Part shown: positions 27,475-37,444 of the stretch, one piece after another
Layout of the letters: each line of letters opens with the position of its first letter
How positions within the stretch are numbered: position 1 is the first letter of the stretch
Source of the DNA: a virus
Length of the DNA stretch: 64,000 bases
Direction: 5' to 3' (one strand)
Virus record (IMG/VR): IMGVR_UViG_3300035232_000453
Made by a program: the position numbers and the translations under genes
The notes under the pieces: generated by a model
The model's database searches: none
What the model was told of the DNA's origin: nothing
What the model saw: the letters and a program-made list of their open reading frames with translations, nothing else

Positions 27475-27719
27475 TTTGGACCCCTAATCTTTTTAACACC
27501 TCTGTTAAAACGTTCTGGGTCCCTATTTTTGATACTTAACATGATACGCTTGGTTAAATCCTGAGCAGTATCGGCATCGTAGTTAGAATCAATCATCTCT
27601 AAAATATTGATAATGCTACTGATCGCATTGTTTCCTTTGCTTTCAAGTAGAGCTGTTTTGTCCTTTTTGGGTGCTAAAGAGTTAATTTCCTCTAATAAGC
27701 TACGAGTACGTCTTTTCAT
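27471..27719 (-). CDS. hypothetical protein
   Basis: 82 aa; GGAG RBS; late promoter at 27752-27758. Confidence 0.7.
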   Translation of the reverse strand: MKRRTRSLLEEINSLAPKKDKTALLESKGNNAISSIINILEMIDSNYDADTAQDLTKRIMLSIKNRDPERFNRGVKKIRGPK

Positions 27720-27765
27720 GTTATGTCTCCAGTAATAGTTACCTTATATAGTATTTATCTATTTA

Positions 27766-29169
27766 TTAACTATTGCTACGTTTTAGCATACTACGGAGTT
27801 TATCATGTCCCGATATAGTATTTTCTACAACACTATTTTCTGCAATATTCTTTTCCTGATGTGTTATTTTGTTTTGTGCTTTAATTTTGTCAAAGACTGC
27901 ACTAGGTTGATTCATAGTAGATCCTGCTTCGTCTTCGTCTAAATCCTGAATACGTAAACCACCAATATCAAACTTCAAGTCAACTTTTTGTCCAACACCA
28001 CTACTGCTTCGTGTTTTCATAAATTGTACTTGATATCTGCCTCGTTCACGCATTGCTTGGCTTGTAAAGATACCAATAACATTATCTGCTGTCTGAATCT
28101 TACTTAAACCACCTGAGATATGACTGTGATCAAACTCTACTTCTTCTACTGCTGCCCTGTTTAACTGCGATGCAGTTGCAAACAATATATCATGTTCTAC
28201 TGCAAAATTACGCATTTCTTCAGATACAAATTTATCCTTAATAAACAAATCACTTGGACTTACTTTGCTCTGTGCCGGCATCATTAAGTCTAAGTAGTCA
28301 ATTAGCACTGCATCAATTTTTAAATCATTTTTAGTTTCATATTCACGCATATAACTAGTAATTGCATTAATTGTAATACCATTTGGTAATTGTACAATTT
28401 GTAGTTTACCTGCTTTTTTACCTTGCATACGCACTTTTAAGTCTACATCATCTACATTCTTAAATACTTCTTTTGTATTCATGCCAGTGATCATACTATC
28501 TAATCGCATACTAGATAATTCTTCACTAAGCTCTAAACTTATGTAAACAACATTTAATCCTGCAATACTCCAGTTTAGTGCTAAATTCTGTAAGAACAAA
28601 CTTTTACCACCACCTGATGCTGCTGCAAATATATTTAATTCGCCTCTGTTAAATCCGCCATATAGTTTTTGATCTATATCTCTCCAACCTGTGCTTTGTC
28701 CACCACGAGCATTTCTTACACGCTCAATGCGTTCTGCTGGTGATTCCCAATAATCAGTACCCATGTGTTTTGCAAGCCCAATGCCTACTGCTTCTTTAAT
28801 TTTTCTTTCTACTGGTCCATATTCACCTTTTTCAAGTAAATCTGCACTCTCAAGTATTGCTGACTCAAGTGCTTTATGTTTACAAAAAGTTTCAAACTCG
28901 TCAATAAACCATTTTTGATGCCTGTCATCTACATCTTTTAATTCCTGTAGTTCAAGTCCTGTTGTTGCTAGTATTTGATCTCGAGTAGGTAACGCACTAT
29001 AGTTCATAGCATGTTCTTGTATAAACTCTACACCTTTTCTTAGTTCTCTATCAAAGTATAATGGATCAATAATTCCATTAACCCTAGAAAACAAGTCCTT
29101 GTCTTGTGCTAAAAATTCTACAAACAATCTTTGTAAGTCTATGTTATATTCTTTTACTTGTTCATTCAT
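27766..29169 (-). CDS. gp41: DnaB-like replicative helicase
   Basis: ASGGGKS Walker A, SLEL, IDYLD, ASQLNR, KTRS. Confidence 0.93.
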   Translation of the reverse strand: MNEQVKEYNIDLQRLFVEFLAQDKDLFSRVNGIIDPLYFDRELRKGVEFIQEHAMNYSALPTRDQILATTGLELQELKDVDDRHQKWFIDEFETFCKHKALESAILESADLLEKGEYGPVERKIKEAVGIGLAKHMGTDYWESPAERIERVRNARGGQSTGWRDIDQKLYGGFNRGELNIFAAASGGGKSLFLQNLALNWSIAGLNVVYISLELSEELSSMRLDSMITGMNTKEVFKNVDDVDLKVRMQGKKAGKLQIVQLPNGITINAITSYMREYETKNDLKIDAVLIDYLDLMMPAQSKVSPSDLFIKDKFVSEEMRNFAVEHDILFATASQLNRAAVEEVEFDHSHISGGLSKIQTADNVIGIFTSQAMRERGRYQVQFMKTRSSSGVGQKVDLKFDIGGLRIQDLDEDEAGSTMNQPSAVFDKIKAQNKITHQEKNIAENSVVENTISGHDKLRSMLKRSNS

Positions 29170-29959
29170 TTAAATTTCCTATCCTAGGTTTTATTAGTTC
29201 TTTCCATATTCGTTTATGACCTGCTTCATTGGGATGACCACATTCGCATAACTCATCATCCTGTAAATCAAGTAGCATATCAGCATTGTAAATCCAGTCA
29301 TTGCCAAACAACAACCATTTACCTAATAGTTCTTCACCAAATTTCCTATGTAAGTTAAACTTAGTGTCATTATGAAAACTTAGTGCATGACTGTAAATCC
29401 AAAATTTTACTACTGGGCATCTTTCTTCAATCTTAGAAATAATAGCCCTATTACATCCATATGTATCTATTGCTTGATTAACACTCTCTACATAATTAAT
29501 TGCCCAAGGTAATACACTTTTTTCTTTAAAGTCGTCATTAATACTTTCGCTTGTTGCACTTTTATTATAAAACGGCATATGTTTTCGATCAATATAGTCA
29601 TCGTCTCTATCTTGATACATATAATAAAAATCCTCCCATGACGACACTTCTGGATTGCTCTCATCATGTATACGTTGCCAGGGTATATTAATTGTGTCTT
29701 CTATACTGCGTCCTTCAATTATACATAAGTCCCATGTTTCATGTGGATTATCTGCCATATATGCAATTACAGTCATTAACTGATCTTGTGGTGTTGTTCC
29801 GCTTCTTGCAATAAGTGTTACATTATATGATAAATCTGTTGTAAAGTAATCATGCCATCTTCCTTTATTAATTCTTTCAATATAATTGGGGTTTTCTTGT
29901 CTAGTGCATGATGCGGCACTATGACTAGTTCCTACAATTAATACTTTTTTCATTTGCAA
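29162..29959 (-). CDS. SGNH hydrolase-like protein inserted between primase and helicase
   Basis: IVGTSH, ARSG, GHPNEAGH. Confidence 0.65.
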   Translation of the reverse strand: MQMKKVLIVGTSHSAASCTRQENPNYIERINKGRWHDYFTTDLSYNVTLIARSGTTPQDQLMTVIAYMADNPHETWDLCIIEGRSIEDTINIPWQRIHDESNPEVSSWEDFYYMYQDRDDDYIDRKHMPFYNKSATSESINDDFKEKSVLPWAINYVESVNQAIDTYGCNRAIISKIEERCPVVKFWIYSHALSFHNDTKFNLHRKFGEELLGKWLLFGNDWIYNADMLLDLQDDELCECGHPNEAGHKRIWKELIKPRIGNLNE

Positions 29960-30963
29960 TACTTTCTCATCATTAATTCAATTTTTGTTTTGTTACTTTC
30001 AACACTATTAAGTATACTACTTATTGTATACAATCTTCCGTGTTTTGTCAAGCTATCTGAGGCATCTTTGCAATCTTTCCATTCAGGAAATGCTACACTC
30101 CAACCATGCTTAATAGCTGCCTTGCACATTAATTTACCTGCCTCATCTGCATCTGGTAATATTACAATTTGCTTTTGTAAACTGTGCAATATATCTGCTT
30201 GTTCGTCATTTATGTTATTACTACCTATTGCACAACCATCTGTAACAATAGCATCTAGTTGTCCTTCAGTTACAATAACAATTTCTTTATCTGCTGTTTG
30301 CCTATCTAAACCATATACAAAATCTTTTTTAGGTTGCTGATTATAATACTTTGGCATTCCTTCAGGAATATTATTGCCTGCCCATCTTGCAGTATAACCT
30401 ACTACTTTGCCTTTGTATGTAAATGGCAATATAAATCTTTTACTGACTCTACCGTGTTGTTTGCTTGGGCTCCACATAAACCTATCATCTGTAATATCAA
30501 ATCCACGATCAGTTAAGTACATTACTGCATTTGTCCAATCTTCATTTGGTTCTGTAAATTCCATAAAAGGTTTAGCATCTTCTGGTAGTTCTTTTAAGTC
30601 CCAATCAATAACTAGGTTTTTACGCTTTTCAGTTTTTATTAATAGTGTTGCTACATCTTGTTCTCGCAATAGCTCAAGTTGTATGCGTTGTATATCTGCC
30701 TCATCTGCACCTAATGTTGTTAACAGTTGTTTTAGTCTTACTGTTATCTTGCCTTGTGGACTCCAACCTGTTTTAAAGTTGCAATTAAAACAATTGTATT
30801 GAAATGAATCTTCATTAAAGTGAAAGCCGCCGCGGCCTTTAGTGTCTGGCCTTGCTTGCCCATTTCGTGTACACATAGGACAGTTGCCACTAGTCCAACC
30901 ACTTGGACTAGATCGCCAGTTACTAGGAACCAGAGTTCTAACGTATTCATTCATCAAAGTCAT
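29950..30963 (-). CDS. gp61: DNA primase
   Basis: CPMC...CFNC zinc finger, TOPRIM EGQLD and PDAD. Confidence 0.9.
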   Translation of the reverse strand: MTLMNEYVRTLVPSNWRSSPSGWTSGNCPMCTRNGQARPDTKGRGGFHFNEDSFQYNCFNCNFKTGWSPQGKITVRLKQLLTTLGADEADIQRIQLELLREQDVATLLIKTEKRKNLVIDWDLKELPEDAKPFMEFTEPNEDWTNAVMYLTDRGFDITDDRFMWSPSKQHGRVSKRFILPFTYKGKVVGYTARWAGNNIPEGMPKYYNQQPKKDFVYGLDRQTADKEIVIVTEGQLDAIVTDGCAIGSNNINDEQADILHSLQKQIVILPDADEAGKLMCKAAIKHGWSVAFPEWKDCKDASDSLTKHGRLYTISSILNSVESNKTKIELMMRKYCK

Positions 30964-30969
30964 GTGTAT

Positions 30970-30998
30970 ATATTACACTCTAACTACGACTTTGTCAA
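30970..30998 (-). promoter_or_regulatory. sigma70-type promoter, leaderless primase mRNA predicted
   Basis: TTGACA-17 nt-TAATAT-6 nt-ATG. Confidence 0.6.
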
Positions 30999-31806
30999 GT
31001 GTTCCTGCCGGTTGAGTGTGTTTTGTTCTAATGTATTGTACATTTGTACGGAATGTCCATGGATCAATTGAGTTATGTCCATTATATGGATAGAATGTTT
31101 GTGTGTACGACCCTAGTGTGATATCAAACCAATCTGATTCTGTAGGATTTTCACTTAATGCACCCTGTACTGTAAAGTTTCCAGTATAGCCTGTTCCGTA
31201 TACTGCTATTGTAATTAGTCCATTTGGTTTGTTGTAATAACCAGTGGCCTTTATTGCACTACTAAAATAGTATGTGTCTGCGCCAATTACTTTTGAAGTA
31301 AATGAATCAGCAATTTGTGTGTTTAGGGGTAATGCATCGCCTTCTTCTGAACATTCTACTGTAAAGTTAGGACGCATATTTAAGTCACAAAATAGAGGTA
31401 ATACTAATCCTTTGTCGTTTGTGTAACTAAACACAAGATCGTACAAGCCTTGCGAGAATAACGCACTCTCACCTACTGTTAATATAACTTTAATACCACC
31501 TGCTTCGTAATCACTTATTATAGCTTTTTTACTTACAACTGTTGATCTATCTGTCCTGTCAATAAAAGATGCATTAACTGTAACGCCTTGTAGCATTATT
31601 GGTTTTCTATCTTGGTTCTTTACAAAGAAAAAGAACTGTGAATCAAATCCACGAAATAGTTTTAAAAACCTGTAGTTTAATGGACTGTTTACTGATGTAC
31701 CTTTAGAACTAGCGTATTTGCCTAGTCCTGGTGCTGATCCATGATCTTCTAATGTGTAGAGATCCCCTACTTGATTGATATTATATGCTGATCCGTAATT
31801 TGACAT
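30973..31806 (-). CDS. putative virion structural protein
   Basis: 277 aa beta-rich; AGGAG RBS; late promoter at 31826-31832. Confidence 0.6.
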   Translation of the reverse strand: MSNYGSAYNINQVGDLYTLEDHGSAPGLGKYASSKGTSVNSPLNYRFLKLFRGFDSQFFFFVKNQDRKPIMLQGVTVNASFIDRTDRSTVVSKKAIISDYEAGGIKVILTVGESALFSQGLYDLVFSYTNDKGLVLPLFCDLNMRPNFTVECSEEGDALPLNTQIADSFTSKVIGADTYYFSSAIKATGYYNKPNGLITIAVYGTGYTGNFTVQGALSENPTESDWFDITLGSYTQTFYPYNGHNSIDPWTFRTNVQYIRTKHTQPAGTLDKVVVRV

Positions 31807-31825
31807 GTGTTAGACTCCTGTAAAG

Positions 31826-31863
31826 TATTTATCAAAATCTTCCAAATTTTTTCTGCATAAATA
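31826..31863. promoter_or_regulatory. divergent pair of late promoters (ATAAATA)
   Basis: minus copy 31826-31832, plus copy 31857-31863. Confidence 0.6.
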
Positions 31864-31869
31864 AAAGTA

Positions 31870-32241
31870 ATGCAAACAAAACATCAGAAGCTTTTAGACG
31901 AATATCCGTTCTTAACCGTTATAGAATATGCAGGCAAAGAGTATCTTGGCATAGTCCAAAACATAGATAGTCATGTTGCCAGTGTGTATATCTACGAACG
32001 CCTATCTAATACTAAAGAACGAGTTAAATTTTTAGAGTTAGGTGAAGAATGGTGGTGGGAAACAAATAGAAAACTACCTATAAACATTGCATTAATTAAT
32101 AGATGGAACTTTGCTCATTGTGTAATGAGTTTTAATGTCAAACAATTGGATATAGTAGCAGGGCCTGAAGTTAGATTAAGTAATAGTATCACTAAACGTA
32201 TAAAACGTAGAAGTATTAATCTTGTAAAGAAAAACCAGTAG
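31870..32241 (+). CDS. hypothetical protein (isolated plus-strand gene)
   Basis: 123 aa, YPFL...GEEWWWETNR motif, own late promoter. Confidence 0.75.
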   Translation: MQTKHQKLLDEYPFLTVIEYAGKEYLGIVQNIDSHVASVYIYERLSNTKERVKFLELGEEWWWETNRKLPINIALINRWNFAHCVMSFNVKQLDIVAGPEVRLSNSITKRIKRRSINLVKKNQ

Positions 32242-32803
32242 CTAACATATTTAATTGTAATACAATAGCCATTGCATATGCGTGAGCATGTGCTTTTTTA
32301 AAGAAGTAATCATCGTTAGTTGGTTTTACCCATACATCTTTATTAATAGTATCCCAATCCTTACCTATCAAATGTCTTTTAGCAGGGCGTATTACTGCTA
32401 ACACGGCTGCAAGTTGAGATACACTTGCTGGTTTCATTTGGCTTACAATATTATGATGTTTGTGAATGTGAAAACATTGTTCAACTACTTCTTTGTGTTC
32501 TAACAATTCCCACATAGGTTCTTTGTCAAGTAATTCTACTAATTGCTTTTTAGTTTTAATATTTTTATACAAACTAACATTCAGAACATCGATTTTAAAG
32601 TAGCCCATTTTTTCTGCTTCTTTATGATCTATTGTACTAAGTCCACTAAATGGATTACTTGGAATATCGTGAAAGTATACACCCGTATTATGCTTTACTT
32701 GTTTATTATTATCTCTGGCAATCATTGCTGGTATGCCTTTAATTATTTTTAACAACTGATCTCTGTCAGCAATGTCAATGTCGATATCTGTATTTACTAT
32801 CAT
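32216..32803 (-). CDS. miniature DNA polymerase III alpha (DnaE)-like catalytic core, 195 aa
   Basis: DIDID, HNTGV, GYFKIDVL, AVIRP, YFFKKAHAHAYA; start moved to ATGA overlap at 32803. Confidence 0.8.
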   Translation of the reverse strand: MIVNTDIDIDIADRDQLLKIIKGIPAMIARDNNKQVKHNTGVYFHDIPSNPFSGLSTIDHKEAEKMGYFKIDVLNVSLYKNIKTKKQLVELLDKEPMWELLEHKEVVEQCFHIHKHHNIVSQMKPASVSQLAAVLAVIRPAKRHLIGKDWDTINKDVWVKPTNDDYFFKKAHAHAYAMAIVLQLNMLATGFSLQD

Positions 32804-33471
32804 ATTCCTGCTTGCTCCAATATTCCTTCTACCCACCTAGTATCTTGTGGGTTAACGCTCATAGTACGTTGCCAGTAATCTATTTCTAAATAGTCTGTTA
32901 TCATTTTTAATTGTTCACCGTTGAACCTGTCAATAAGTCCTTGTGCTTCTGTGCTGTTAAATAATACCCACGGTGATATCTTTCCACTACAAATATGAAA
33001 CACTGCTAAACTTGGTGCAATGTCATTAAAGTATCTATTGTATGTTGTATTGTTTTCTTCAGCCCAAGTTTGTAAAAATAATATTGTGCGTTCTACACCT
33101 CTGTCAACTGATTCAGTTTTTAAACGCTCTTTCATCCATCTTGTAAATTGCCTATCCTTGCCCCATATATCAAGTCGCACACTGTTCTTTATTAACCAAG
33201 TGGTATAACCCGGTACATCATCGATCCCAATGTCGCGACAGTAATAACCAAACTTGCAAAAACTAATATAATATTGGCTTTTTGCAAAATCTTCGTAAGT
33301 TTTATCATTTTTTGAATTTGTCCCTATCTTATAAAATAATTGATATGCTCTAAATCCAAGTTGCACATGCTTCTCGTCTTTTTGCATAAACCTTCTTTTT
33401 TGTTCGCACAGATGTACTGCTAATGTGTTTTCTTTCTTAAAAGATTTACCACAGTATTGACATTTGAACAT
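32800..33471 (-). CDS. zinc-finger protein in replication operon
   Basis: FKCQYCGKSF...LAVHLC C2H(C) finger. Confidence 0.75.
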   Translation of the reverse strand: MFKCQYCGKSFKKENTLAVHLCEQKRRFMQKDEKHVQLGFRAYQLFYKIGTNSKNDKTYEDFAKSQYYISFCKFGYYCRDIGIDDVPGYTTWLIKNSVRLDIWGKDRQFTRWMKERLKTESVDRGVERTILFLQTWAEENNTTYNRYFNDIAPSLAVFHICSGKISPWVLFNSTEAQGLIDRFNGEQLKMITDYLEIDYWQRTMSVNPQDTRWVEGILEQAGI

Positions 33472-33472
33472 A

Positions 33473-33934
33473 CTATTTTTTCAACAACTCTTTGATTTGT
33501 TTTTTATCCATACCGTGTTCTTCAAACAACTCAACAAAATCTTCTTTTGTTTTAGTACTAATAAAAATTTCTACTTCGTCATCATTTAAATGACTGTAAT
33601 TTTCTACAACCCACTTTTGTACTTTACTTTTCTTCATTGCCTTGCCGGGTGCTATCCAAGGATGAAATGTGCTTTTACCCAATCCTACTAATTGCATCAG
33701 TTGATACTGCAATTGTGGATGCTTGCGTAATTTATTAAAGTGTACATTAACTACTTCGTTGGTCCATTCTAAGTAATGCTCGCTGAACATCTTATCACCG
33801 CAACTACTAGTATAACGCATCAGCAACCATATGCCTACTTTTTTCTTTTCTTCTTCTGTTAAACTATCATACCAGCTTCTATCTTTAGTATCAATAGATC
33901 TCATTTCTTCTTTGATGTTTAATTTATTTGACAA
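33473..33934 (-). CDS. putative clamp loader small subunit (gp62-like)
   Basis: W.LMRY.S...N..HPQLQY...HPWI pattern. Confidence 0.5.
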   Translation of the reverse strand: MSNKLNIKEEMRSIDTKDRSWYDSLTEEEKKKVGIWLLMRYTSSCGDKMFSEHYLEWTNEVVNVHFNKLRKHPQLQYQLMQLVGLGKSTFHPWIAPGKAMKKSKVQKWVVENYSHLNDDEVEIFISTKTKEDFVELFEEHGMDKKQIKELLKK

Positions 33935-34145
33935 TGATTACTTCTCCTTCAGTTTCTATCCAAACCTTTGCGCCACATGATAATGGCTTGTCTGGGCTAT
34001 ATACTACTTTTGAATCACCCTTAATAACAACTTCGTGTGCGTAGTTATTATTTTTAGATGTTTTACATGTTAGTACAGGTTCTCTTTCGCCTGTCTTAGC
34101 ATTACGTTTAACAACGTGTTGATTAACATGTATTCTAGTCTTCAT
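33924..34145 (-). CDS. conserved phage hypothetical protein
   Basis: IHVNQH...PLSCGAKVWIET; start moved to MKTRIH. Confidence 0.7.
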   Translation of the reverse strand: MKTRIHVNQHVVKRNAKTGEREPVLTCKTSKNNNYAHEVVIKGDSKVVYSPDKPLSCGAKVWIETEGEVIIVK

Positions 34146-34149
34146 TGTA

Positions 34150-34650
34150 CTACCAAAGTTCGCTAATGTCAAGTACTTCTGGTAACTTGTTTGCTTCTTT
34201 TACAAATAATACACAGGGTGAATTTGGTTCATCACTTAATGGAACATTTAACAAATGTCCAAACTTTAGTTTAGGTGCATACCATTTTACATCTGTATAG
34301 ATATTAGTAATATTTACATCTAAATACTTTGGAGTAAAACCAGTTAATGGATTAAATGCAAATACACTAAACCCTCTGTCATTTAAACTCATTAAACTTA
34401 ATACTTCTGGATTACCGCATTCTGGGTCACAAATTACAATGCTCCAATCTAATGGCATAGTAATAGAATATTCACCTATTTGAATAACTGCCGCTGGTGC
34501 ATAAAAACTTTCTAAGAACACTAGTGGAATAAAGTAATAATCAATGTGTCCTGGATTACTATAATCTAAAATGCTGTATCTTAAATCGTCTATTGTTTCT
34601 GGTATGTCATCTAGTTCATACGTTTCATTCTCAACTGTTAATATTTTCAT
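34150..34650 (-). CDS. hypothetical protein
   Basis: 166 aa, AAGGA RBS. Confidence 0.7.
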   Translation of the reverse strand: MKILTVENETYELDDIPETIDDLRYSILDYSNPGHIDYYFIPLVFLESFYAPAAVIQIGEYSITMPLDWSIVICDPECGNPEVLSLMSLNDRGFSVFAFNPLTGFTPKYLDVNITNIYTDVKWYAPKLKFGHLLNVPLSDEPNSPCVLFVKEANKLPEVLDISELW

Positions 34651-34659
34651 ACTTATTCC

Positions 34660-36111
34660 TTATTGCCAATCTACTTTATCAATCGTAAATGGATAGTTTG
34701 CTTCTTTATAAAACTTCTTACGCTCTGTTAAGTGTTTTTTACTGAATTTTGCTGAACTGGTAATATCCCATATTTGAACATTATCCTTATCTTCAGCTTT
34801 ACGTATTCCACGACCAATACTTTGAATAACTCTAACAAAACTTTTACCCGGTTCTATTAGTACCAAATTAAAGATGCGTGGTATATTGATTCCTACTGCC
34901 GCAACACCATATGTTGCTACTACAATTTGATTAGTTCCTTCATTGATATCATCATAATGATCTTTACGATCTGTTGACTTCATTGCGCCACTAACAAAGT
35001 TTGCTTGTGGAAGATTATCACAAATCAATCCGCCTGCTTTGATTCTATCTACTAATACAAGTGTATTTCCTGATTGAGAAACCTTTTCAATTAATCCACT
35101 CACATATTCCATTCGAGCTTTATCTGTAGTAAGATATGTTAGCTCGCTTTGGTAATTATTATATTCTACAAATTCTTTCATTTGTACAACATTAACATGA
35201 CATTGACTAAGTACATCCATGTCTTGTAGTTCACTTGCACTAAGTCTGTTAGTTACTTCGCCTAAACACGCTTGTAAACTAACCTTCTCATGATCCGCTT
35301 TAGGAATAGTTCCTGTTAGACCCCAACGCAATGGAATGTGTGCAAATTCTTTTGTTAATAAATCTTTTAACACATCTGCTTTAGCTTGGTGTACTTCGTC
35401 TACAATAACACAAGTTACATTTTCAGTAAATTCGTGTAAACTAAGTTCATCAAGTCCATCACGGAAACGCTTTCTAATACTATTCAAACTTTGCCATGTA
35501 CATATAGTATGGGTATGTCCTATTTGTTTTTTGTCGCCGAAGTAAACTCCAACGTCTAGTCCTAAGTTAGCATAATCATCAGCAGTTTGTCTTACCAAAT
35601 CTTTGTTTGGTACAATAACTATTGATCTTCCATACTGTTCTACACGTTCACTAAGTGCTGCAGTAATTAATGTTTTACCTGCACCAGTGGCAATTTCTTG
35701 TAAACAATGTGGTGTACTTAAAAACTTGTTTACAATAGTAATTTGATAGTCACGAAGTGTAATAGGTTGTCCTGCCATCTGATGTTTTTCTGGCCACAGT
35801 CTATTTTGAAATGTTGTTTCATCTACGGTTGGAAAATCAAAAGTGTGTACTTTTCTAAGATCATCAATGTCAATATGATATCCTTGATCCATTATAATAG
35901 GTAATACTTTGTCTAGTAGGTTAATGTATGTAACACCGCCTACTGTAAAGTAACTTTGACATCCATCCCATCTGCCTAACTTGTATGCTGGCACATGAAA
36001 AGCATATGGTAAAAAGAACTTTAATTCTTTTTCACATTTTCTACGAGTGTTTACATCAAGTCCTTCGACTTTACAGTTAACTTCATCTTTAAGAATAATT
36101 TTACATTTCAT
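34660..36111 (-). CDS. uvsW: SF2 DNA helicase UvsW
   Basis: WDG, ATGAGKT, DEVH, GLTGT, QSIGRGIR; start moved to MKCKI. Confidence 0.92.
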   Translation of the reverse strand: MKCKIILKDEVNCKVEGLDVNTRRKCEKELKFFLPYAFHVPAYKLGRWDGCQSYFTVGGVTYINLLDKVLPIIMDQGYHIDIDDLRKVHTFDFPTVDETTFQNRLWPEKHQMAGQPITLRDYQITIVNKFLSTPHCLQEIATGAGKTLITAALSERVEQYGRSIVIVPNKDLVRQTADDYANLGLDVGVYFGDKKQIGHTHTICTWQSLNSIRKRFRDGLDELSLHEFTENVTCVIVDEVHQAKADVLKDLLTKEFAHIPLRWGLTGTIPKADHEKVSLQACLGEVTNRLSASELQDMDVLSQCHVNVVQMKEFVEYNNYQSELTYLTTDKARMEYVSGLIEKVSQSGNTLVLVDRIKAGGLICDNLPQANFVSGAMKSTDRKDHYDDINEGTNQIVVATYGVAAVGINIPRIFNLVLIEPGKSFVRVIQSIGRGIRKAEDKDNVQIWDITSSAKFSKKHLTERKKFYKEANYPFTIDKVDWQ

Positions 36112-36117
36112 ACTAGT

Positions 36118-36146
36118 ATAATACACTATTGTATAGGATAAGTCAA
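36118..36146 (-). promoter_or_regulatory. sigma70-type promoter, leaderless uvsW mRNA predicted
   Basis: TTGACT-17 nt-TATTAT-6 nt-ATG. Confidence 0.55.
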
Positions 36147-36160
36147 GCTCGAACGCTTGA

Positions 36161-36490
36161 TTATGTTAGATATTTTAAAAGTAAATAAAGACAGAACAGT
36201 GTAAATGATATTGATACTGTTAATGATATCCAAAAACCATTTTGTAATACCATGTATGCAAAGATAGGAAAGAAAACTAAACTTACAACTACAAAGTAAA
36301 CTGTTTCCTTTGCCAGTTGAGCAAACACTTCTGGTTGTACTCCACTAAGATGCATAAAGATAACACTTATTACACTGCCCAATGGTATTCCTAATATTAA
36401 TGCACCCATGGTTGGGTTACCTTTTTCGGCTGCAGTTACTACACCTGCTATAACTAGCCCACCTATGATTGCTTTGATTAAGAATTCCAT
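36161..36490 (-). CDS. four-TM membrane protein (DUF3147-like)
   Basis: true start MEFLIKAIIGG; 109 aa hydrophobic; ATAAATA 5 nt upstream. Confidence 0.7.
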   Translation of the reverse strand: MEFLIKAIIGGLVIAGVVTAAEKGNPTMGALILGIPLGSVISVIFMHLSGVQPEVFAQLAKETVYFVVVSLVFFPIFAYMVLQNGFWISLTVSISFTLFCLYLLLKYLT

Positions 36491-36507
36491 ATGTTTATTT
36501 ATGTCAT

Positions 36508-36530
36508 AAAAAAAGCCCCGAAGGGCTTTT
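36508..36530 (-). terminator. intrinsic terminator with cUUCGg tetraloop
   Basis: AAAAGCCC-TTCG-GGGCTTTTTTT. Confidence 0.88.
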
Positions 36531-36542
36531 CTAAATTTTATT

Positions 36543-37409
36543 TTATGCTCTACGCATACATGTAACTTCTGCAGTACGTTTCCACTTTTCTTCACCAAAA
36601 CTCTTTTTAAGATCTGCAAGTTTGGTAACCATACGCAAACTAATTTCACGCATCTTTTCTTTGTTATCAAACATGAAGTTCATTAAGTCTTCTTGTTCAT
36701 CTTGTGTAAACTGATATTCATTAAGCATACCATCTGCAACAATCTGCTTACAACGTAATACTTTTTCACGCATTGTATCCATTGTAAGATCTAAGTAGTG
36801 ACATCTTGACATAATAGCCGCTAAGTGATCTTTAATCTTACCACGTACATTATCAAATTTAAGGTTAGTAATAAAGATAACACTACCTTGGAATTCGAAA
36901 GTATCTGGAATTCCTTCACGTCTTAGCAATGCACTATCTGTATTCCAACTTAGTTTACGTTTCTTACAAGAATCAAGTGCCGCTTTAAGCAAGTTAAGAC
37001 TTGTCTCGTCATACAATACTGTATCACAATCATCTAATACAAGAACACTATTTTTGTCTGCGTTATTGTAAAGTACTTTGTACAAACCAATTGCACTTGA
37101 GGCACCTTTGATAACTTCAAAACGCAATTTGTTACCTGCTAGTGTATCAAACAAACTATTTTTTTCTAGTACTTGTTCAACACCATATGATTTACCAACT
37201 CCTGGAGGGCCTGTTACAACCATGCCACGCACAACACCATCAATTGACGCTTGCGTCATATCATCTAGTATACTAAAACGTTCACGCATACGCTCGATAA
37301 TTTGATTATCAGTTTCATTTGGATTGTCCTTCACATTATTAGGAAGAACTTCTACAATTGTCTCGCCTTTACGATTCTTGCGAGCCTTCTTTAGTTGCAT
37401 TTGTGCCAT
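36543..37409 (-). CDS. early AAA+/P-loop ATPase
   Basis: GPPGVGKS, LVLDDCD, FITN, SR. Confidence 0.85.
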   Translation of the reverse strand: MAQMQLKKARKNRKGETIVEVLPNNVKDNPNETDNQIIERMRERFSILDDMTQASIDGVVRGMVVTGPPGVGKSYGVEQVLEKNSLFDTLAGNKLRFEVIKGASSAIGLYKVLYNNADKNSVLVLDDCDTVLYDETSLNLLKAALDSCKKRKLSWNTDSALLRREGIPDTFEFQGSVIFITNLKFDNVRGKIKDHLAAIMSRCHYLDLTMDTMREKVLRCKQIVADGMLNEYQFTQDEQEDLMNFMFDNKEKMREISLRMVTKLADLKKSFGEEKWKRTAEVTCMRRA

Positions 37410-37444
37410 TTATTAAACTCCTGTTTTTTATTAACTATACTTAC

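Noticed and set aside
32216-32803. Mini-DnaE as a pseudogene remnant
   Set aside because: The deletions fall between motifs while every catalytic motif is kept, and the start is ATGA-coupled; decay would not be this selective
36491-36670. N-terminal extension of the membrane protein in the ORF track (also the extensions to 32836, 36126, 44636, 54254, 58741, 59334 and 62947)
   Set aside because: The extensions run through promoters, terminators or neighbouring genes; downstream ATGs have an RBS or coupling
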